A DNA stretch of 61,384 bases, filler included, from Sphacelaria rigidula (GCA_964200075.2; 6 parts of 6 records of this genome joined end to end with filler, not necessarily neighbours in it); one strand, 5' to 3'. Numbered from the whole stretch's first letter, positions 24,541 through 38,607 are shown. Numbers and translations are program-made. The notes: a model not told the origin generated them from the sequence alone.

Positions 24541-27309
24541 CGAAGAGGCATCTTGGAATACTTGGCACGGAATTCCCGCCTAGCCTGGAGGTTCACGGTC
24601 TATCGGTACTTTGGGGGGGGGGGGGGGTGGGTTGAGCCTAGCCTTGGGAATAAGCATCTAACGCGAGGCTAGTATAGTCACCGTGCTCGTCATTTGAATG
24701 TTTGGTCCTTGTCGACGGTCAAGGTGAAGAGTTGACAATAAAGCGTATGCTTCAGGCAGCACGCGGGGTATCTAGAGTGCTGAAAAAACACGAGACAACG
24801 GGAAGCGACCGGCGCCCTCCCTCCTCCGGTGGTTCGATTACAAAAAACGGAAGCAAGCAGAAGATATAGATCACACAGGAAGTCGAGCACGCGTTTTCGC
24901 CAAAACCGGTAGCAGAACAACAAAAAAAATTACGGTTGATTCGCTTTCTACAGTCAACAGCCAGCAACATGCGACAAAAACATGAAACTGTGCAGGGGGT
25001 GGCATCTCTCCTAAGCGTGTGGAACTGTCAAGAGTGGGGCGCCTGTACAACCATGCCTCTGCCATTGCACCACAAATTAGGCGATGGACATGAATCTTTT
25101 GATGGTAACAGGAGCACCTGCTGTTTGACCTTGAAAAGTCCTCGGATTCACCAGCTGGGCTGAAGTTCGACCCATGATTAGTATCAGGGCGGAGATTAGT
25201 TCAAGAGTTTTCGTACGCCACCTGACTCCCAAGCCCAATACAACGTGGGAGACACTACCTTTTCGGTATTGCTTGTGCATATGCTGTACTACGCTTGAAC
25301 AGCGTAAAGGCTGTGTATGGCTTACTTGCTATGGAGCAACAACCACGAGTCAGTTCTCTCTCAACACCAACAACATATAGAAAGGGGAGCAACCTCGCAT
25401 TCCCATCGACGGGTCAATCGAGAGAGCAATAAGAAAAGTGGGCGGGGCTGTCACATGAAAATACATCAAAACTGACCAGGACATTCCGTCCTCATTCCCG
25501 CCCCCCCCCCCCTATGACTACGGCATGCATGATGATGAGTACACCGCCCCCCACATGATGCTCCGTCGCAAAAGGGATGCGTGGTCAATGGTCAAAAGAC
25601 CAAGGCAAGGAAAGAATGAGTACGCCCCCCTCCAATCCGAGGGTTAGCGTCGGTTGGCAACGACGCTGTGACGTCTGTCTGTCACTGTGTAGGCTAGTTC
25701 GACAGGTTCCCGTTTTTTTCGCGCTCGAGTTTTTGTTTAAGCAACCACGATGGTGGTTCATGTTGTACGGGGTGGGAGAACCTCAAATCCGCGCAAATGG
25801 GATGCTCGTACAACGTAGCATCTATATCCCGAGGCACCCATGATGAGGCACTGTGTCACCCGTGGCCATCTCTGGCAGTGGCGATACCAGAAAATGAAGC
25901 AACTCATTGAAGGCTGCCATTTATATGTAAGGTAATCAATACGTTGTACGCACTTTTTCTTTGCTGTGTTGTAGTATTTCCCCTCGAACTCCGTTCATTT
26001 TCGGCCAAGTGCTTCGTTTCGGGCGCGGACAGAGATTGAATCTCGAGGTATCCAGAATTGGCGAGGGTACACTTGCTGAGGCAGCCGCTCTTCCTTCAAT
26101 AGTTTTCCCTTCTTTCTCGTCGTTCGCATGTTCGCCATAGATTGATGAAGCAAGGTCGCACGTTTGGTTTTTGGTCGTACGTTCGCCCCTTTAGTTCCAA
26201 AGGCGCTGATGCAGGCAGGCCAGACCATAGGCGAACGTGCGTCGCTTGTGCCAGGATCGTTGGGGGCTCGCAAAACCGGTGTGTGCGGAGTATCACCTGA
26301 TCACTTGTTGGGAGAGAAGTGTTGTGGGGCTACACACTTCCTCTTGAAATGCTGAAATTGATCACATGTTGCGAACATCAACCTGGACTGCCGAATTGAT
26401 CGCAAGTTTTAAACACTAGCTCACCCTGCTGTACGGTGTAGAGCAATCACGAATGATTCCATAGGTGGGGTCTGTCTGACTTGTTGGCGCTTACAGGGGG
26501 GGGGCATCGGCCGTTCGATTGATAATGCTGGTTCTCCGCACCTTTCACTGCATACCGACGTTGAGCGTATATCACATTGGTTCGGGGGGGCGAAACCCAA
26601 TCCCCAAGCTACATCGGCAAGTTGGGATCAGGGGTTAGGGTGGATGCGAAATACGTTCACGACGGGGAATCGACAGTGGAATATGGCAATCACAAAGCTA
26701 CGCGCATGCCCACGAATACGCAGTGCTATTTCTTCTCCAAAATATCGAGGCGGTGTCTTGACAGCTTCGGCGTGGAGAGAATCCGCACTTCGCGTCAGAT
26801 GACGTCGAAATTGGAGAATGTGTAGATTGGTAGTAGAGGAAGGTGATACAGTCAGAGCTGCGACAGGGAAAGTCGCTGATTGCCCGGTCTGCACTGATAC
26901 GGTGGTTACCCACGTTGCGTGGGACTGTATTCTTTCAACACCCCGCTGTCTGATGATCATTATACTGGGTACAGTGACAGTTGAGCACGCAGGCTGCGAT
27001 GGATCCTGCCGGCCCCATCATCAATGTACGCCCAGTTATGGATGGACGATCGAAAAAAACCGGAAAACAAGCATCGTTTATGGTCCGCTACATTTGTGAG
27101 TTTATGGCCACACGGGCTTTGCACGTGAATATTTCGGCGATCGCCTCACTTCCACTTCGGCTATGTGCTGTGGATTATTTTACGATCTCACCGCCTTATA
27201 TATGTAGAAATTTATTAAACTCTGGACAAGAGCTTTTTACTGTCAGTATACAATTAAATGGAATGTACTGTGCACAGTATGGAATAAATTGCCTACTCGG
27301 ACGTGCGCC

Positions 27310-27560
27310 ATACTCGTAGTGGGAACTGCGCGCCACTCCAAGACAGGGTCGAAATCTCCACGGTATTAACTTTTACAGCCGGTTTGCGCGCCACAGCGGC
27401 TGTGTAACCATACAGCTCCGCCCAAAATACAGGCAGGCATTATAGCGGCAGAGACGGTCTTTCACTCCTGCACGCGCCACCTAGGGCAAATGGACGCTTG
27501 GCTGCAACACCGACTGCTGTACAAGATGTGGCGGAGCGAGGGGTGGTACACTACGTACAC
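27310..27560 (+). mobile_element. Probable degenerate SINE-like dispersed repeat
   Basis: B-box-like GGGTCGAAATC (~27346) followed by a body (CGCGCCACAGCGGC...GCGGCAGAGACGGTCTTT...GCGCCACCTAGGGCA...TGTGGCGGAGCGAGGGG) recalled as a common phaeophyte repeat. Only one copy is present here. Confidence 0.35.
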
Positions 27561-29849
27561 ACGGACAGCAAGCAATATCGTACATAGAAACCGTGAGGAA
27601 GTGTGAGTTGAGATCCGTGCGCGCGGGGTGGGGCCGGCACGTAGAGAACTCTTCTCATCTTCGCCGCGTACTACCGGGACGCAACCTCTTTTCAGTAGAA
27701 TCGCTTGCGGTGTCTGCTGTGACGGGTGTCGTACGCGATGTTGATGCTTAAAGTGCCCAACCCATGAAGCGAGCTGTTGATGCTTGAAGTGCCCAACCCT
27801 CTTCCCGTGATGATCTCCTCTCTTGGTCTCAGACGATTGAAACTGCGAAATATGACAGTATCTAGTACACGGTACACATTCTCCTACACAAATCCCTCCA
27901 TATTATGGAAAATAAATGAAACAGTAGGGCCAATAGTAAGGAGAGACGCAACAAATGGCGAAGCCATCAAGTTTGACGAAACACGCGCCAACGAAAATAA
28001 CCAGATACGTTTATTACCGGTGGGAGTCGAACCGAGAGCAGGAACACTCACGCCGTATTTCGGGTACTCGAAGTAGCTAGCGCATGGTATTTCGAAGCCA
28101 AACGAGTCCCTGGTGCAGTAGATGATGAAGTAGACGGTATTTCGCGTTAGCGGGGGGGATGTATCGCCACCGACTTGATTCCAGCAGTCACCAGTGAAGA
28201 GTGCATGTACATTCAAGGCCTGAGGAGAACAACGGGAGATATCGCTACAGAGATGTCCGTGCTGGAAAACCGGCAAGGTGCTTCGTTGGCTGGCTGGGGC
28301 CGAAGGTACTGCCAGTTGGCGCTGTCAATCTTTATTGGAACCTCTCTGCCGGGGTGGCGGGCAATAAAAAAACGTGATCCTCGCCCTCCATACCTGCCCC
28401 TTGCGCAAAGCCTTATCAATGCACCAACTCGAAAGCCGAGTACAAATCGAAATATCGACGATCCAGGGAAACCGTGATGCATGGGAGCGGAATCACTGCT
28501 CCTACCCCAACGAAACTCAATTGAATTTACACGCGTAATCATTTGTTTGAGATGACGAATGCTGGACAACAACTGAAAGGGTAGTACTTCGGATGTCTTT
28601 GCCTACGGTACCGAACGTCGAAGAACACACGCACTGGGATACGTATGGAACAGAAGCCGAACAGCCAGTCAGTTTTTAATGTGAGTCGGGAGTACATCTG
28701 TGAAACGGCCGCACGACTGGGGTACTGTTCCGCCGTGCCGCGAGGGTCAGCGTCGTCTCCACCTTTCGGAGGGTGTCATGGAGTAAGGTGGAGCGATCCG
28801 ACGTTGAGCGAGTAGAATTTTAACACTACGGATCTATGTATAAGGAATAGAACACGAATCTAAAATTGGAAAGTTGACGTACTGTTGCACGTGCACACGC
28901 TAACGGATGCCTCGAAGGTAACTGTAAAGTGGCGACTTGAGGGACAGGTCGCGACAGTTTCATATCAGAAAACGTATCAAACGCCTCCGTAATGAAGTTG
29001 TAATCCATGAGAAAAGAGGTCAAATGCCTTACAGGCTGGTTCACGCTCATCACCCCAAATGGTGTCATCAGCAAATGCCTTTCGCAATACCGACCCGATA
29101 GTCGCCTACATGATACCATACTGACCGCCACGGACAGCTGAAGAGCGTGATGTAGCCGGATTTGAGAGTAAGGCCATAGTGGTAGCGCTAAGAGCCAAAA
29201 GGTATATCGACCAATCAGCGCCCGTCAAATTGTTCCGAGATCGAAATTACGAATTCAAAGCCCAATTTTCACCCAATCTCCAGATGCTTCAAATCGTAGT
29301 AACCGTCATCGGCTCGGGAAACTAACGAAAAAAACATATTTGGAAAGGGTCACTTCGGGGGTCGAATTATACCCGAAACCGTCATGTTTCGGTGATGTCG
29401 GGTGTTGGCGTCGTCTAATTTCCACCGATGACACGCACGAAAGACCTAGGGAGCCTCTTGACGGTGTCCCCTATATATGTTGTAGAAAAGCTGAGATCGC
29501 CCTCAAACTCGGCAGTTCCGTAGGTATTGATGCTCCAAATGGGGAGATTGTATTCTTGATCACATGTCATGGTTTTTCCGTTTTCTACCGGCTTCCGAGG
29601 GTCCCAGTATGAAGACCCCCGGAAGGCGGTAGAGAATGCCCCACAAGAAAAAATATGAAATCAAGCGTCCCAGCATCGTCCAAGGAACACATGTACAAAG
29701 TTTAGTGCAAGAACTCGAAAACCTCAAATAGGTTTCGTTGCCTCGACGTAAAGTTCGTAAAGTTCAACTCAAAAGACGTTTCCATACTATAACCAAGTGG
29801 TGAGGAGTTGCACGTTTCAAGCCCACGCCCTTCACAAACGCGCGAACTT

Positions 29850-30500
29850 TCATGCCTTTATCAGGAGTTCAATCCTGAAACTTCGGGGAAAATATGCCAC
29901 GTATCATTACGCAACCTTTTTCGGACGGACTTTGCTTTACTTCTCGAGGTTTTCACCGTTTTTCCGGGGTCCGACGGGATCGACGTCGTTTTTCGAAATA
30001 GTCTCCAGTCTGGGACCCCAGAAAACCGGCACTACGACATTGTATCTCACTATTTTGCGCACGATTTGTCGCCGAATAATCCAAGGAAGGGCCCGACAAA
30101 ATTTCGTTGCACAACTCGATCAACTGATGCTTGAACTCCCATGTTCACGTCAAATAAGGTACAAAAATGGAGGAGTTTGAGGTTTCACCGCGGTAGGCAA
30201 GGTTTATCGCAAAAAAGCGAAAAGCCTCAAGCCGTTTTGAGGAGTGAGACCCTAAAATTGTGCACAGCTGCTCAATGGATGATCTTTGGAAGAACGAGGT
30301 TTTCAATTTTTTTCCGTCGTTTCACGGGGGTCCGGATGGATCGATATTTTCCCGAATAATGAGGACACCCGAAAAACGGTGAAAGAGGTCAGAAAGTGAA
30401 AAAAAACAAAAAAAAACATCGTTGATGGAAAGTTGCGCAATGACCCATCGAACATCTGTGCAAAATTTCAGGGTCTAACTCCTTGAAACGGCGTGAGGTT
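29850..30500. repeat. Direct and inverted copies of a ~130-150-bp unit (subterminal-type repeats of a DNA transposon)
   Basis: GGAGT..(G/A)(A/T)CCT(G/A)AAA.T....TTTTC..CG..TTTC.(G)GG(G/T)GTCC occurs at ~29864(+), ~30241(+) and ~30484-30362(-). Confidence 0.5.
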
Positions 30501-30644
30501 TTTTTGGGTGTTCTCCATGATCTTGTTTCAGCTATGCTGTGGATGATGCGGTGGTGTCTGAAATCCGGCTGCGGTCTTGATGGTGGAGTGGATTGGATCT
30601 CTGGCCTGGCCATCGGGGGCCTCTGCGCGTGAATATTCACCTCA

Positions 30645-30744
30645 NNNNNNNNNNNNNNNNNNNNNNNNNNNNNNNNNNNNNNNNNNNNTTAATTAATTAA
30701 NNNNNNNNNNNNNNNNNNNNNNNNNNNNNNNNNNNNNNNNNNNN
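30645..30744. other. Artificial contig linker
   Basis: N44-TTAATTAATTAA-N44. Confidence 0.98.
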
Positions 30745-30770
30745 ACAACAAGGAAGGGATATAAAGGGAG

Positions 30771-30801
<31 letters not shown>

Positions 30802-33800
30802 ACGGCCGGCGGGGGGGGGGTGGGGGGGGGGGGGGGATACATGGGGTCTGGGATTGGTTTTTTGTGGCACCCTTGAACAAGCAGGAACCTATGCAAAACC
30901 ACACAAACAAACGCTACTCCCAGCAAACCGCTTGGGGTGTACTGTACGCCAGGTATGCCAGCGTATTTCCTTTATACGTGCCACTCTCGCTTGATTCGAG
31001 GGCTGTATGAAATACCATTCCTCGTGCATGGCGATCGCAAAAATGTGTGAAGTACAAAAATCGATCTCCATTTGTTGCTCCTACTCCCTCACGATGAACC
31101 GTTTAGGCGAGGACGTGAGGCAACCTCGGGTCGTGTACTAGTCGGTCAGACACGGAGCAATGACAGCAAAGAACAACCCCTCATCCCACAAACCGTGCTA
31201 CACAAGGCGACGTAAATCCCCGAGGACATGTATCCACGCAGGGCGACCAATGGTCTCTTACATTGTTTCTTACTTGGTTGGTGTCTGTCTCTGCTCTTGA
31301 ATTCTCCACTGCCACACACGTATCTCAATCCACCCCATACCCGACATTCAGAAATGACAATCAAAGTGATCGATCACACGCATCGTGAAAAAATGAACGC
31401 AAGTAAGCACTGATGGTACACTTACTCACCATGACTCTGAAGCACCACCTACAACACCATTGGGTATACAAGATACTGCGAGAGCGAACAAAGCGTGGTC
31501 GCCCCCATCTCACCCACGTGTCGACAAGAGTGAGTGTAGAGGACAGCAGCACTCGTGAACCGACCATTGACGGCGGAGACCTCTTGTGTCTGGGGTAAAT
31601 GCTCCACATATGACACCTGACATCCACGTCGAACATGTCTTTCTCGGCAAGCACCACACGCTGAACACTCTCCACCCGGTTAGTCGAGTCCAGCGCAACA
31701 GCTCCTCGCCCAGCAGAACATAATCGCCCGCGCCGCGTGCGCCCCCATTTTCCTCGTATTCCACGGCATTCTGCATGTATACTACCCGACGAAAATGTTA
31801 TCAACCCCTACAACCATGAACCATCGCTTAGAAGCCTCAGTAAAGCCCACCCAAGTAGCCCCCACCGCCTCTGCCAGCAACCACGTGTTGTACACATGTG
31901 TATGGTATCGGCGAGACTGCCTACAACACGTGCTGTTGATGTTATGGCCTTGCCGTTATCTTGTCCTGTCTTATGTCAGTCCGCTGTCGGTCGGCACGTC
32001 TCCAGCAAGTTGGCATACTCGACCGTAAGCCCACCGCTTTGAGTAAAACAATCGATTCCACATGAATCTTTCGGTGCACCTCGCGGACGGCTGCCATGCT
32101 GAAGTGACCCCACTATGCGCTGCAAAATTCACGCAAGATGCACTCCGAGTAACATCAAGCAGCTTCCACTGCCACCAACGTAACCCTTCACCGTCCATTC
32201 GCGGCAAGAAACTGCGATGACACCGCTGTCTCTTTTCCTCTCTCCATCCTCCGCCTCCCTATCCCTCCGGGTTGTTTTGCGCGCACTGGTGTGCTACCTT
32301 ACCTGCCTCTTGTGACCTCTTCATTGGTTGCTTTTTTTTCCTCTCGAAACAGGATGCGCATGTGCTTCTGTGCTGTTTCGTATTCGCTGCTAGTTTCGTG
32401 CTATTTGCGTTTGATGATGCACATGTACCCCGTTGACCTTTCTCATCATCACGAAAGCCACCCATGCCGTGGTGCACAGCTGCTCTTCGTTAAATAAGGA
32501 GCTGGAGACAAAGCGCCGATTCGCGTCTTTCAGAGAATAGGCGGTGGCGTATTTTTTCCCGAAAATAAGATAACCCCGTAACAATGTTGGTCTGCGTACG
32601 GGCACGATCTGTTTTCCCTTGTCTCTTCTCGTCACACTTTCACTCCTTCCCTCCCCCCCCACCCCTCCTCGGGACGAGTCTATGGTCTCAAGGAATAAAT
32701 TCGTGTTTCCCCGGTACATGCCATGCTTTTTTTCGGTGTCGCGGACTGGATCATGACTATCAGCACTCCCGCACCGCGTCGACTCTCGTCCAACAGCTTC
32801 AGCCAACTCTTTGTTGCTGGTCACGTCGTCACACTTTCGACGACGGGAATCAGATACTACTGTACTTGGAAAAAATTCCTAAGGCATCTGGCGGAAATCG
32901 ATCCCTCATTCATTCCACCCTTATGGTGTCAGTTGCACCATACCATTACACCCCCGGGGCGCGGCGACCTTCTGATTGTTATTCCAAAACTCGACCTTCC
33001 AGCCCATCCATTGCGCACACCATCGCACGCAACAGGTCGCCCGATTCTTCCGCAGCCGCCTGGCTCCCCATCACGACGGCGACGCCATGGTCTATTCGGA
33101 GCAAATACTCACCATATCGAAGTCGCCCACCGTACGAGCGGCGGAGGAGCTGATGGTGACCGACTATCTCGCCCTTTCCATTGAACATGGCCTGCTCATC
33201 TTAGTCAGCGCCGCTTTCCGTGCTCCTACTGCCCGCGACCATCGTCGACCCGCCCTGGATCTCACCCGTGTTGGCGCTAGCCACGACAGTCTAGTCTCCG
33301 CTTTCTCCCGAGCCCCCTCCTGCCGCTATGCTGACCATATCTCCATCGGTAGGTGGGTCCCACCACCGACTTGATCGTGACTGTTGCCGCGGACTCGTAT
33401 GTTCTGTCTCCTGCTACCCCGTAAAAGGCGCCTTTCGTGTTTGACGCGTCAGCACCTACCCCCCCCTACCTACCCCACCTACCCTTGCCCAGTACATCAA
33501 TAGTGTCCATGCCACCGGCACCCGCCGTCAACGACACGGGTCCTATCCAGTCGCCTACTGAAAATTCCCCTTCAGTTGCTGAGATGAATTACTGTGTACC
33601 AGTCTGGCCTGAAATATAGGCAGGATTTGGAAAATTGGTAATATAGGCCTGATGTGGATGGACCGCGATCGAGTGACTGTGCAGCAGTTCTAGAAGCGCT
33701 GAAGTGATAAAAAAATACGATAGAGGTGGGGAGGGGGCAAAACATCCCCTGGGCCATCCGGGGATGACTTAAAAGCATCTCCAGGTCTCGCGTTTCTCCT

Positions 33801-33867
33801 GGGTGTTCAACTGCAGACATGAGTTACTGCTCTGGGGCATGCACGTTGCGTCTGCGACTGTTGAACC

Positions 33868-34705
33868 CGCCGTTTTTCAAAATAGCACATTCTTGCACTC
33901 CACAATCGCACCTGAAGCAGAGGCAAACAGAGCTCTCGCGCGGCAATCGCTGGTTAACTACCTGCCGATGTTCGGGCTGACATGCCCGTTGCTAGAAGAG
34001 CTGCTGGGAAGGTGCCCAGGACGAATCTCAATGAAAGTAAGAGACCTACGATCCGACCAAGTTAATACTAACGTCATCGTATACGCCTTGAAATGGAGGG
34101 TTTTCCACAGGCGGTCATTTCCTGGAACAGCGGATATCGTCGTTGATCCGAGCAAGTGAATACTCACGTTGTCGTATACGCCTATCATAGGCTCAAATTT
34201 GTGGTTGGTGAATGTTCTCTGGTACAGCGAATATCGCCCTTCATGATCCGAGCAAGTTAAGACTAACGTTGTCGTATACGCCTAGACTCAAATGTAGCAT
34301 TTTCCACGGGAAAATATTCCCTGGAACATCGAATACCGTCGTTGATTACCGGAGCAAGCTAACACTAACGTTACCGTAAACGCCTAGACTCAAATGGTTG
34401 GTTTTCCACAGGTTCATTTTCCTGGAACATCAGATGACGTCGTTGATTATCCGAGCAAGTTAACCCCAACGTTTTCGTATACGCCTGGTGCCAAATGGAA
34501 GGCTTTCCACAGGCAACTATTTCCTGGAACAGCAAATTTTCATTGAGATTATTTTTGGGCACATTTTCGGTAGCGCCTCCAGCAACGGATATGCCAATCC
34601 GAAGATTGCAAGGTCTGCACCCGGCGATTGCCGCGCGAGAGCTCTGTTTACCCCTTCTCTGATGCTGATGTGGAGTGCAAGCATGCTCTACTTTGAACAA
34701 CGACA
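33868..34705. mobile_element. Composite element: ~170-bp inverted arms enclosing five ~95-104-bp tandem units
   Basis: The arm motif CTTGCACTCCACA...AAACAGAGCTCTCGCGCGGCAATCGC...CCGTTGCT..AATCTCAATGAAA at 33868-34037 is inverted at 34539-34705. Units start GATCCGAGCAAGT.AA.ACTAACGT.GTCGTATACGCCT at ~34050, 34145, 34245, 34348 and 34449. Confidence 0.85.
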
Positions 34706-35783
34706 GATATGGCAATTTATCGATGGTGTCGCAACAACGATGAAAACAACAACGGGGAAACACAAAAGTTGAGACCACAAGAGTTATCGTGCCGCATGTC
34801 CAAGCCCTGCCTATAGTCCGGGCTAGACCGGTATTGTTTTCGTTTTTGTTTTTTCCTTATCCCCAGGAGGGGAGGCGGGAACCCTTGCTGTGTTCTTCGC
34901 TATTTCTAGTTGCGTACAGCGCGCTTCATCGTCGAGGCGATTGCGCTCCACTTCCCCGCGTCATGAGGATCTGCCCTCAACTACACCTGTCATCATCACT
35001 AGTTCAATGCACGGGTAGATACGTACTGTATCACAGATGGCGCGGCTTTGTCTGCATACAAGATATGCAGAAATATATGTTTGTCTATTCAACAGATAGG
35101 AGGTCGCTGAACCTATATCAATATGGAGGAGATATCTCACAGAGATCGTTCGACCGTATTGAAAACAAAACCTAAGCTTCACTGCCCGTCAGTAACAGTG
35201 AACTTCGCGGAGGGTACACAGTAGTGTGGTGAAACACACTTGCGCCGTGCAGCCACAGAAAGAAGTCGATCATTAATAGGCACTTACATGGCCAACATAG
35301 AATAAAACTCTTAGTCTCTTGTCAACGCAGAGAGCTGATAAAAACCCAATGAGAGGTTGTTGGAAAGTGGACACAAGAGAGACTATCTCACGCTGTTATC
35401 TTCCTCAAAAGTACAATAAAATCGATTCGCCCAAACGCTTAATGCTGTAGACTCCACGTTTGACTCTATGTACGTAAATCGCCGTTACTCCGAGGTTACG
35501 CTGATATTACAGTATTCGACCCTTACAGTACTCGAGCTATTGGTCCTGCTCTATTTGTCTTGCCCTACTCACCATTTAACCGTACGACTATCCTTTCCGT
35601 ACATACTCGATCCGATCTACTTTCCACACTTCATGTCTTCTGATATACAATTACGTATCTGCTAATTAAAACGTAATGAGCTATACCACTAATGATGTTG
35701 GATATTTAAAATTAAAGTTCTTTATTTACCATGACAGTAGGCACCAAGCTAAGTTGAAACGTGATGAGTTGTACCGCTAGTAA

Positions 35784-36211
35784 CACGGGGTTTTACAAAC
35801 TTGGGATGGATTTTTTACTGGGGATGAATACCCGGAGAATCCAAATCTTCGTATACACACCAAATTTTCGAAGTATGGTTCCATTTCTTCACTTACTAGT
35901 AGCTGTTGACAACTATTACACGCCATACAAATTTGGATTTCGACAACCGAGATGTCGGGGTCCTAGGTGAAGAACCAATTTTGGAGTCCGACCGGATCAT
36001 CTAAATCTCTATAAATTGGTTTTCCCCCTAGGACCCCGACATTTCGATGATCGAAATCCAAAACTGTATGGCGTGTAGTAATTGTCAATAGCTACCAGCA
36101 AGTGAAGAAATGGAACCATGCTTCGAATACTCGGTATGGGCACGAACATTTTAATTCTCCGGGTTTCTCATCCCCAATAAATAATCCATGCCCAATTTTT
36201 AAAACACTGTG
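35784..36211. mobile_element. Palindromic MITE (428 bp) with CAC...GTG termini
   Basis: Near-complete foldback: ATGGTTCCATTTCTTCACTT / AAGTGAAGAAATGGAACCAT and ATGTCGGGGTCCTAGG / CCTAGGACCCCGACAT. The right terminus reads CACAGTG on the minus strand. Confidence 0.9.
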
Positions 36212-36681
36212 TTTAACTATGTTACACATATGAATTGAATTTTCATTATTTACAACGGTGAGCACCGGCAGGCCACAACTCTTTCCCTGCCCAGCACGAG
36301 TCACCCTAACCATCCGGATTTCAGTCCTCATGCGTTTTGCTTTTCCTGTACGAAACAACACCCCCCCCCTCCGCCCCCTCGATACACCCGCCGCGACTCC
36401 CCCCATTCGGTTGCTGGCGTTGTCATGCATCTAGTAGATGACGATACAATGTAGACGAACAACCTGCCACCTCACGAAAGACGCATCAGAAGCCGTCTGG
36501 TTCAGTCATACAGACGGCGGCACAAGGCACGGTGATGCGTGGGGCAGGGGGAAGGGGGGCGTTGAACTCGTCAGACACGCGCAGGATTCGAATCTGAGGC
36601 AAACCCTGATTTCCATCAATCACGTCGCTTGCAGAGTTTTGTTCGGTGTGGCGATGCTATAGGCCCGATGTAAGAGTGCTT

Positions 36682-36806
36682 CCACGATAGGGATGCACTT
36701 TTTGGGTCAAAACTTGTCTGAGACTGCACACCAAGGCCCATACACTTGTCATCGGGAGGCTCCTACAACAAGGAGCCTCAGGAACAAAAGTGCCCCCCTA
36801 TCGTGG
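36682..36806. mobile_element. Small TIR element
   Basis: CCACGATAGGGATGCACTTTT ... AAAAGTGCCCCCCTATCGTGG, with internal hairpin GAGGCTCCT..AGGAGCCTC. Confidence 0.6.
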
Positions 36807-36849
36807 CATTGCTCATAACCAACTGAGACTGACAATTCAACTTTCATCC

Positions 36850-38140
36850 AAGGAGCTTCGACACCTTGATCCGCTCACTGGTAACGAGACAATACTTGGT
36901 AGTGTCACACATGGATCCCCACCCAAAACAATAAAGGTCACGATCATACTCTCCACCTCTGATGCTTGACGTGCATAGAGCTACTGTTCATCAGCAACCT
37001 TTGGTTTGCGCTATTCAGCCGTGCAATCGTACCGTGGACGAAACGCCAGCGGTGCTTGCTTGTAAATAGTTGGTAAATAGTATCTCTCAATTTCGATGCT
37101 GCTTATGGGCAAGCAGATCTACCGGCGAGCACGTTTTAACACAACCATGAAAAAGTTGTCCCGTGGCAGCCCTCCACGAACCCGATTGTCCAGCTGTTGG
37201 CGAATCGATACTGATAGCATACACGATAAAGCAAAGCACTTCATCGCCCAAGTCATCATACAGCGGCCAAGTAACTCACGTCGCCTTGGAGGCTTGCCGT
37301 ACGTAGCCCCGCCCCACGAAACTGTTTGGTGGGCCCCCGTCCTCCTGGCCCTCTTGGTCCTGTCAACGATGTGCGGGTACACCCCGTTTCCAATCACGTC
37401 TTCGCCCCTTCCCCCGATTCCGCCACCCGCATAGTAGGTTGCCAAAATGTCTTGATCGTCATCAAACGATCGCTTCCTGCTCCTGCCGACACCCGCCTGG
37501 AATAGAGAGGTAACACCGCGACAGCAGTACCCATTGACTTCATCAGCGACGCCAACAACAACAACGATGGCCACGACCGCCATGGCCACGACGACAAGCA
37601 CAACAAATGACAACATGGGCAACACCAACCATAACGAGAGCCATTCCTGCTTGGTACTCCCCCTATCGACACTCAGAGTACCGTAGTCAGTAGAATTACT
37701 GTGATGGTGAGACGAGACAGTATCGCTACCGTCAAGCTTAGAAACAGTGTCCTGGGAGGGGCGTCGACTATTTTGATTCATGAAGTAGTTGTCGAGTGAC
37801 GTGGCTGACATTCCCCGTGCTGAACCACGAAGACACTGTCTCTTTACCGTGGCATCTTCGGCGCAAGTCCGACACAAATATTCTTATCTTGGCACAGAGA
37901 TGGGTTTCGCTTAGAGAGCCGTGACTCCTGTCACCGACGTCGCGCGATCCTGGATCACGGCGCGACTGATTGATTACTCAGATCGCGACAAAAATTCACC
38001 GTCCGATGTAATATAATTGGCATCAAGACAAGCATTTTACTGGTCAAGACGCACACGTGAAAGACTATCAATGCCCTCGGATCTGTATTCCTTGGCGGAA
38101 AAACGAAATTTTCCCGACATTCGCAACACTTGAGGCTCAT
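36850..38140 (-). pseudogene. Decayed intron-poor coding region of unknown identity (CxxC motifs)
   Basis: A 252-aa ORF (37119-37877) plus protein-like flanking frames: LKCCECRENFVF, YLCRTCAED, PLYDDLGDEVLCFIVYAISIDS. Frameshifts and stops are present. Confidence 0.3.
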
Positions 38141-38607
38141 GTTTCACCACCGAGGCCACCGGGTTGGGCGAAGCAAAGCATGGGCGACAAGAAGGCGAGA
38201 CCAATTCCCGTATGTTTCGCCTGCGATAAGCTCATTTAGTCCCAGTCTCTCCTTCGGCCCGACTTCAAGACCGGAGATTGCGAGTCAGCCGTATACAGCG
38301 CACTGAATGAATTTGCTTTCGAGAGGGAGAGAGACGACCAACCACTTATCATTGATACACCGTTTCTACACTAGCGCTCTCGTGATATCGATGAAACACC
38401 ATCACCTTCTGACGCACAAATATCGACCCAACAACTGCACCGTAGGGTCAACTTCATACACACGGCACAGACACATCTATCCTGCCCTTGATGGAGCAGC
38501 AGAGACGCGCGACTCTAGGCGATAAAAACCACGAGAAGGCACCAGACCACCTGACCCGTGCTACTTGCCCAATACGGCAATACGCACACGAAGAAAAAGA
38601 GTAACGG

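Noticed and set aside
30689..30926. ORFs running into N-runs and homopolymers (also 40940-41182)
   Set aside because: Artefacts of linkers and poly-A/poly-G contig ends. Most other short ORFs in the track are likewise spurious frames in introns and repeats.
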